Assembly (NCBI GenBank): GCA_029259175.1
Contig: JAPDJH010000004.1
Coordinates: 164,844 to 228,843, forward strand
DNA: 64,000 nucleotides
Direction: 5' to 3'
DNA from: Hadesarchaea archaeon
GTDB taxonomy: Archaea > Hadarchaeota > Hadarchaeia > Hadarchaeales > Hadarchaeaceae
Positions 59,588 to 64,000 of this stretch are shown here, piece by piece. A model generated the notes under the pieces. That model was given only the letters and a program-made list of their open reading frames with translations, ran no database searches and had not been told where the DNA came from. Made by a program: the position numbers and the translations under genes. Numbering within the stretch: position 1 is the first letter of the stretch; each line of letters begins with the position of its first letter.

Positions 59588-61777
59588 CTATTTCTCCATG
59601 AACTCCTCGGGCTTAGGAGGTTCTGGCTTCAGTCCTTTGCGCTTGCGGGTGTTCTGGATCACCTGCTGCTGGAGTTCGGGGGGCAGTTTCTCGAATTTTG
59701 CGAACTCGGTTGCCCATATGGCGCGGCCCTCGGTCTCGGATCTCAGATCGGCTGCTAGTCCAAAGGAGTTCGCCACCGGGAGGAGGGCCTGGAGCACTAT
59801 GATGTCCTCTTCGGTCTGCATGTCGATTATCCGGCCCCGCCGCCCTTGGATCACCTTGGTTGCTCCGCCCATGAACTCCTGGGGAACCTTGACCTCCAGC
59901 TTCAGCAGGGGTTCGAGCACGATGGGGTCTCCCAAGAGGACGCATGCCAAGATGGGTCTGCGGACAGCAGGGATGATCTGGGCTGGGCCGCGGTGGACCG
60001 AGTCCTCGTGAAGCATTGCGTCCTCTATTATGACCTTGAGGCCCCGGCAAGGCTCGCGCATGAGGGGCCCTTCCTCCACCACGTTCTTGAAGGCCTCGAT
60101 TATGTAGTCCTGAACGTCGCGCATGAACTGGACCCCCTTGGTAGCGTTGATGAGCACGTTGGGGCCGACCACGGCTATCACGTTTCGGGCCAGGTGCGTG
60201 TCCCATCCCAGTTCTCGCAGAAGCGCCGCCCGTTCTTTCCGATCTTGATCGTCCGTGATGCGCTTGTCCTCGATCGCCTTGATGACTTCGGGCTCGAGCG
60301 GTTCCACCGAGATCATGAACCGGTTGTGGCGGTTGGGAGATTTGCCCTCGACGGGTCCGGCGTGCTTGGTGACGGTCTCGCGGTAGACCACGATGGGCTC
60401 GGAAGTCTTTACCTCAAGTCCGGCTTCGCGCAGCTTGTATTCCACGATTTCGAGGTGCACCTCACCCATTCCGGACACCAGATACTCTCCGGTCTCCTCG
60501 TTGATCTTCACGCGGATGTTCGGATCCTCCTTCGCGATTTTGTTGAGACGGTCGACGAGCTTCGGTAGCTCCTGGAAGTTCTTCGGCTCGATTGCCACAG
60601 TGACCACTGGCTCGCTGATGTAGCGGAGCTCCTCGAAGCCCGGGGCGTCAACACCCTCTTCCATCAGGGTCTCTCCAACGACGGCCTCCTTCATCCCGAT
60701 GAGGGCCGCGATGTTGCCAGCTGGGACTTTGTCCACTATCACACGATCGGGACCCATGTAGATGGAGACCTGCTGGATCTTGCTCGTTTGCTTGGCGTTC
60801 AACAGCTTCACGGCTTTTCCTTTCTCGACGGTTCCAGAGAAAATGCGGCCCGTGGAGATGACCCCTGCCTGTTCGTCGACCACGATGTCGGTAATGACCA
60901 TGCACAGCTTGCCGTTCGGGTCGGCGCTGAGCATGGCCTTGCCTATCTCGCTCTCGATGTCACCCTTCCACAGGACGGGGACGCGCTTCTGCTGGGCGGC
61001 TTTTGGATCGGGCAGGTGGCGGATGACCATGTCGAGAACAACCTCGTAGAGTGGGGTGAGCTTGGCGAGTTCCGCTTGGCGGCCCTCTTGGTATGCTTGG
61101 TATATGTCTTTGAACGAGATGTTCTTCTTTTTCATCTGGGGAATGGAAATCGCCCATTTCTCCTTCGCGGATCCGAAGGCCACGGATCCGTTCTCGACAT
61201 TTACCATCCAGTCCGCGGCCACATCCTTGGGGGCAAAACGGCGGATGAGTTCGTTGAACTTGGTTATGAGCTTTGCGAAGCGGGCTTGGATCTCCTCCGG
61301 GGAGAGCTTCAGTTCGGTTATCAATCGGTCGACTTTGTTGATGAACAGAACGGGCTTAGTTCGTTCTTGAAGGGCCTGGCGTGTAACGGTTTCGGTCTGC
61401 GGCATTATTCCCTCCACCGCGTCCATCACGACGATCACGCCGTCGATGGCGCGGAGCGCGCGGGTCACGTCGCCACTGAAGTCCACGTGTCCGGGGGTGT
61501 CGAGCAGGTTGATGAGATATTCGTTTCCCTCATAGGTGTGTGCGAGACTAACGGCCGCGGTTTGGACCGTGATTCCGCGCTGCTGCTCGATGTCTAGGAA
61601 ATCCGTGAAGAGCTGCTCTCCGGCCAGATCGAAGCTGATAATTCCCGAAGCGGCGACGAGCGAGTCCGTGAGAGTGGTTTTTCCGTGGTCGACATGAGCC
61701 ACTATCCCGATGTTACGGATGCGCTCCGGTTTCCACATCAGCTTTATGATCTCCTCGACGTGCTTGTAGCGGCGCAT
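59588..61777 (-). CDS. fusA: Elongation factor 2
   Basis: AHVDHGKTT, RGIT, DTPGH, NKVD, diphthamide loop HEDSVHRG. Confidence 0.97.
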   Translation of the reverse strand: MRRYKHVEEIIKLMWKPERIRNIGIVAHVDHGKTTLTDSLVAASGIISFDLAGEQLFTDFLDIEQQRGITVQTAAVSLAHTYEGNEYLINLLDTPGHVDFSGDVTRALRAIDGVIVVMDAVEGIMPQTETVTRQALQERTKPVLFINKVDRLITELKLSPEEIQARFAKLITKFNELIRRFAPKDVAADWMVNVENGSVAFGSAKEKWAISIPQMKKKNISFKDIYQAYQEGRQAELAKLTPLYEVVLDMVIRHLPDPKAAQQKRVPVLWKGDIESEIGKAMLSADPNGKLCMVITDIVVDEQAGVISTGRIFSGTVEKGKAVKLLNAKQTSKIQQVSIYMGPDRVIVDKVPAGNIAALIGMKEAVVGETLMEEGVDAPGFEELRYISEPVVTVAIEPKNFQELPKLVDRLNKIAKEDPNIRVKINEETGEYLVSGMGEVHLEIVEYKLREAGLEVKTSEPIVVYRETVTKHAGPVEGKSPNRHNRFMISVEPLEPEVIKAIEDKRITDDQDRKERAALLRELGWDTHLARNVIAVVGPNVLINATKGVQFMRDVQDYIIEAFKNVVEEGPLMREPCRGLKVIIEDAMLHEDSVHRGPAQIIPAVRRPILACVLLGDPIVLEPLLKLEVKVPQEFMGGATKVIQGRRGRIIDMQTEEDIIVLQALLPVANSFGLAADLRSETEGRAIWATEFAKFEKLPPELQQQVIQNTRKRKGLKPEPPKPEEFMEK

Positions 61778-61824
61778 GGGACTCACTCCTCTATTGATGA
61801 GTGGTGGAGGCTTAAAAAAACTCC

Positions 61825-63015
61825 TCACCTCACGAGAAGCTGAGTTGACTCGATCGCTTCAGGGCGCCTCTCAGGAGGCAGCGGGAACTTCTTGGGGATT
61901 TGGTCGGGGCGCTGGCCGATGCCGATGGTGTTTCCGATGCCCGCCACGATCACAGTGTCGCCCCGCTTGGTGCGCTCGCGGATGGCCTTCCGAACGCGCT
62001 CCGCTGCAATGCGAGCCCCCTGGGCTAGGCGCTGGTGGAGAGGGGTAATGGCCTCGGTGAAGGACTCCTTGATGACGATGGCGTCGAGCGGGATTCGCAG
62101 TTTGGTGGCTATCTGTTCGATCTTGTACTTCTCGACGGGTGGGCCTCCGATGGCCGCCCCGACGCCCTCGACCACTTCTCCGCTGCGCTCGCCCTCGAGT
62201 TTCCCGGCCGCGTCGATCATGATGATTCGTGCGATTTTCCTGCGTCTCGCCAGCCATTGGACGAGTTCTCCGGGCTTGCCGACGCGGCCACCCGGACCCT
62301 TCGCCTTGATGAGCAGCGCCCTACGGCCCTCTATTTTCGTCTCCGCGTATACGGTATCCTCAACGGGTTCTTTCCATTGAGCCTTCCCGGCCAGCATGGT
62401 CACGGTGAGGGGACCCACTCCGTCCCCGATGGGCTTGTTTTCAGCGAACGCTCGGGTTGCTTCGAGATATCCTTTTGCGAACTCCTTGAGAAACGGCAGG
62501 TTCATTTGGATGAGCATCGTCAGCTGCAAGTTCTTTGTCTTTTCGGCAAGCAGCATGTAGTGCTTCACCACTCGGTAGAGGACATTGCTTGCGATGGCGC
62601 CCTCCAGAACCATTTCAAGGGAAGCTGCTGCTTCTGGGTCTGCCTTTGGCGCCAGTTGCCGAACAGCATGCTCGAAGCGGCGCTTGCGGACGTCCAAGAT
62701 GTGTTCCAGCCGGCGGAGCACGCCCGCGGGGTCGTCGCGCACGGGCTCGATGGCGAAGAACTCCAGCAGGCCGTCGAGCTCTTGGCGAACATCGCGCTTG
62801 GTCCGGCCGTGACGGGCGAAGGCGCGGAGGGCTATGGTCCGGCTCTCGCGGGCCCACTGCTCAAGAACGCGCACCGATTTGCGGAGCTGGCCGATACCGA
62901 CCCGGGCCTGGAGCCACAGCATATGAGGCGTCAGCAACGTGTAGATCAGGCTGAGCAAGATGATGAAGAGCAGGGTCGTGGCGATGTCGATGTCGGGCAC
63001 GCCTATCGGATACAT
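61825..63015 (-). CDS. DUF1512 family protein
   Basis: PIGDGVGP, GPGG.VG.PG, IDAA.KLEGE, GIGNTIGI. Confidence 0.85.
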   Translation of the reverse strand: MYPIGVPDIDIATTLLFIILLSLIYTLLTPHMLWLQARVGIGQLRKSVRVLEQWARESRTIALRAFARHGRTKRDVRQELDGLLEFFAIEPVRDDPAGVLRRLEHILDVRKRRFEHAVRQLAPKADPEAAASLEMVLEGAIASNVLYRVVKHYMLLAEKTKNLQLTMLIQMNLPFLKEFAKGYLEATRAFAENKPIGDGVGPLTVTMLAGKAQWKEPVEDTVYAETKIEGRRALLIKAKGPGGRVGKPGELVQWLARRRKIARIIMIDAAGKLEGERSGEVVEGVGAAIGGPPVEKYKIEQIATKLRIPLDAIVIKESFTEAITPLHQRLAQGARIAAERVRKAIRERTKRGDTVIVAGIGNTIGIGQRPDQIPKKFPLPPERRPEAIESTQLLVR

Positions 63016-63092
63016 CTTGATGTGCCGGGTTCAAAAGTGTATCCGTGTGGCCCGAGGCTTTAAGGAGGAGCACTAAATATAATTCATCTTGG

Positions 63093-63177
63093 GCGGGGGT
63101 GGCCGAGTCAGGTCAAAGGCGCAGGCTTCAGGAGCCTGTCCCGTAGGGGTTCGGGGGTTCGAATCCCCTCCCCCGCA
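63093..63177 (+). tRNA. tRNA-Leu(CAG)
   Basis: GCGGGGG stem, CAGGC-TTCAGGA-GCCTG anticodon arm, long variable arm. Confidence 0.96.
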
Positions 63178-63199
63178 CTATTTTACCGTTTTTTTCAAC

Positions 63200-63241
63200 A
63201 TTGTGAAGTTAACTTTAAATATTTGAACTTGACTTCACAAT
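63200..63241. promoter_or_regulatory. Inverted-repeat operator straddling the TATA box of the MNT-HEPN operon
   Basis: ATTGTGAAGT ... TTTAAATA ... ACTTCACAAT. Confidence 0.65.
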
Positions 63242-63249
63242 ATGGGAAA

Positions 63250-63828
63250 ATGAAATTTCACGACGTGCTCGAAGAAGTGTTTGGAACTCCGGAGCGGATA
63301 AAAATCCTACGGGTATTGGTAAGTTACCCTAAGGAGTTCACATCGAGAGAACTCTCCGCCCACACAGGTGTCTCCGTCCGCGGCGTCATCGACATCCTTA
63401 GCCTGTTCGAGCGGCACGAGTTTGTCAAGAGCCGTAGGGTTGGGAAGTCCATAGTCTGGAGAATCGACAGAGAACACTGCTTGGTCAAGTCACTCATCGA
63501 ACCGGTCTTCGAGGCAGAGAAAAACCTCATGCACGTCCTGAAGCGGGAGATCTCAGCTATTCTGAGAAAGTATTCGGTTCAAAAGGCGATCGTGTACGGC
63601 AGCATTGCCCGAGGCGACGAGAGGCCAGACAGCGACTTGGATCTGGCACTCTTGGTGAAGAGAAAGGGCAAGTGGGTTGAGCAACTGAAAGCTGAGCTAA
63701 GAGATCGGGTCTTGAGGCGGTTCGGAAACACGCTGTCGATCTTGGTCTACACAACCGCCGAGTTCAAGAAGGCGAAGGGCGCGCTGAAAAAGGAAATAGA
63801 GAGCGGTGTTGTGATGTTCGGTGATTGA
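63250..63828 (+). CDS. wHTH-fused minimal nucleotidyltransferase (MNT antitoxin)
   Basis: N-terminal HTH; YGSIARGD...SDLDL. Confidence 0.88.
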   Translation: MKFHDVLEEVFGTPERIKILRVLVSYPKEFTSRELSAHTGVSVRGVIDILSLFERHEFVKSRRVGKSIVWRIDREHCLVKSLIEPVFEAEKNLMHVLKREISAILRKYSVQKAIVYGSIARGDERPDSDLDLALLVKRKGKWVEQLKAELRDRVLRRFGNTLSILVYTTAEFKKAKGALKKEIESGVVMFGD

Positions 63829-63829
63829 G

Positions 63830-64000
63830 ATGGTTGAGGGACAACGGGTCGAAAAACATCTATACTGGAATTGCCTCAGAAAAGCCCGGGAGTACCTCGA
63901 AGGCATGAAGGCCGAGCTAGCAGGCGGGCGCTGGAACATGGCAGTGCTGGCCGGGGTTCACTGCGCGATCTCTGCGTGTGATGCTCTCACAATTTTTTAC
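63830..64000 (+). CDS. HEPN-domain protein, truncated by the window end
   Basis: KAREYL...WNMAVLAGVHCAISACDAL, directly after MNT. Confidence 0.75.
   Translation, partial: MVEGQRVEKHLYWNCLRKAREYLEGMKAELAGGRWNMAVLAGVHCAISACDALTIFY

Overview
Archaeal chromosomal window, gene-dense and mostly housekeeping. SepCysS, Tes, CofE, Smc-ScpAB, TFB-gar1 and the eno-rps2-ipk-fni-rnj-idsA-gltX cluster suggest an anaerobic euryarchaeal-type lineage such as Hadarchaeales (inference). It contains four tRNAs, an ~18 kb sulfur/Fe-S/cofactor block (thi4, thiI-like, pscS, E1, homocysteine genes, SAMP, JAMM, sufS, iscSU), POR, lipid genes, acs, EF-2 and two TA modules. Main observations: (1) two clusters (7 copies plus a half site) of the 16-bp palindrome TGTCCCATATGGGACA, which differs from bacterial parS only by transitions; (2) two short, apparently hinge-less SMC complexes, one Smc5/6-like with kleisin-like and KITE-like partners and one Smc-ScpAB, plus an AspA/PadR-like wHTH gene next to a ParA/MinD ATPase, together a candidate archaeal chromosome organisation/segregation system; (3) a 285-bp MITE with a 9-bp TSD and an internally structured core that separates sufS from its predicted operator; (4) an ATAAC-N3-GTTAT sulfur regulon motif; (5) a TFB intein ending in Arg-Asp instead of His-Asn; (6) a HypC-thioesterase fusion and a C-terminally extended SAMP near a JAMM protease. 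All calls come from motif recognition by eye; no searches were run.
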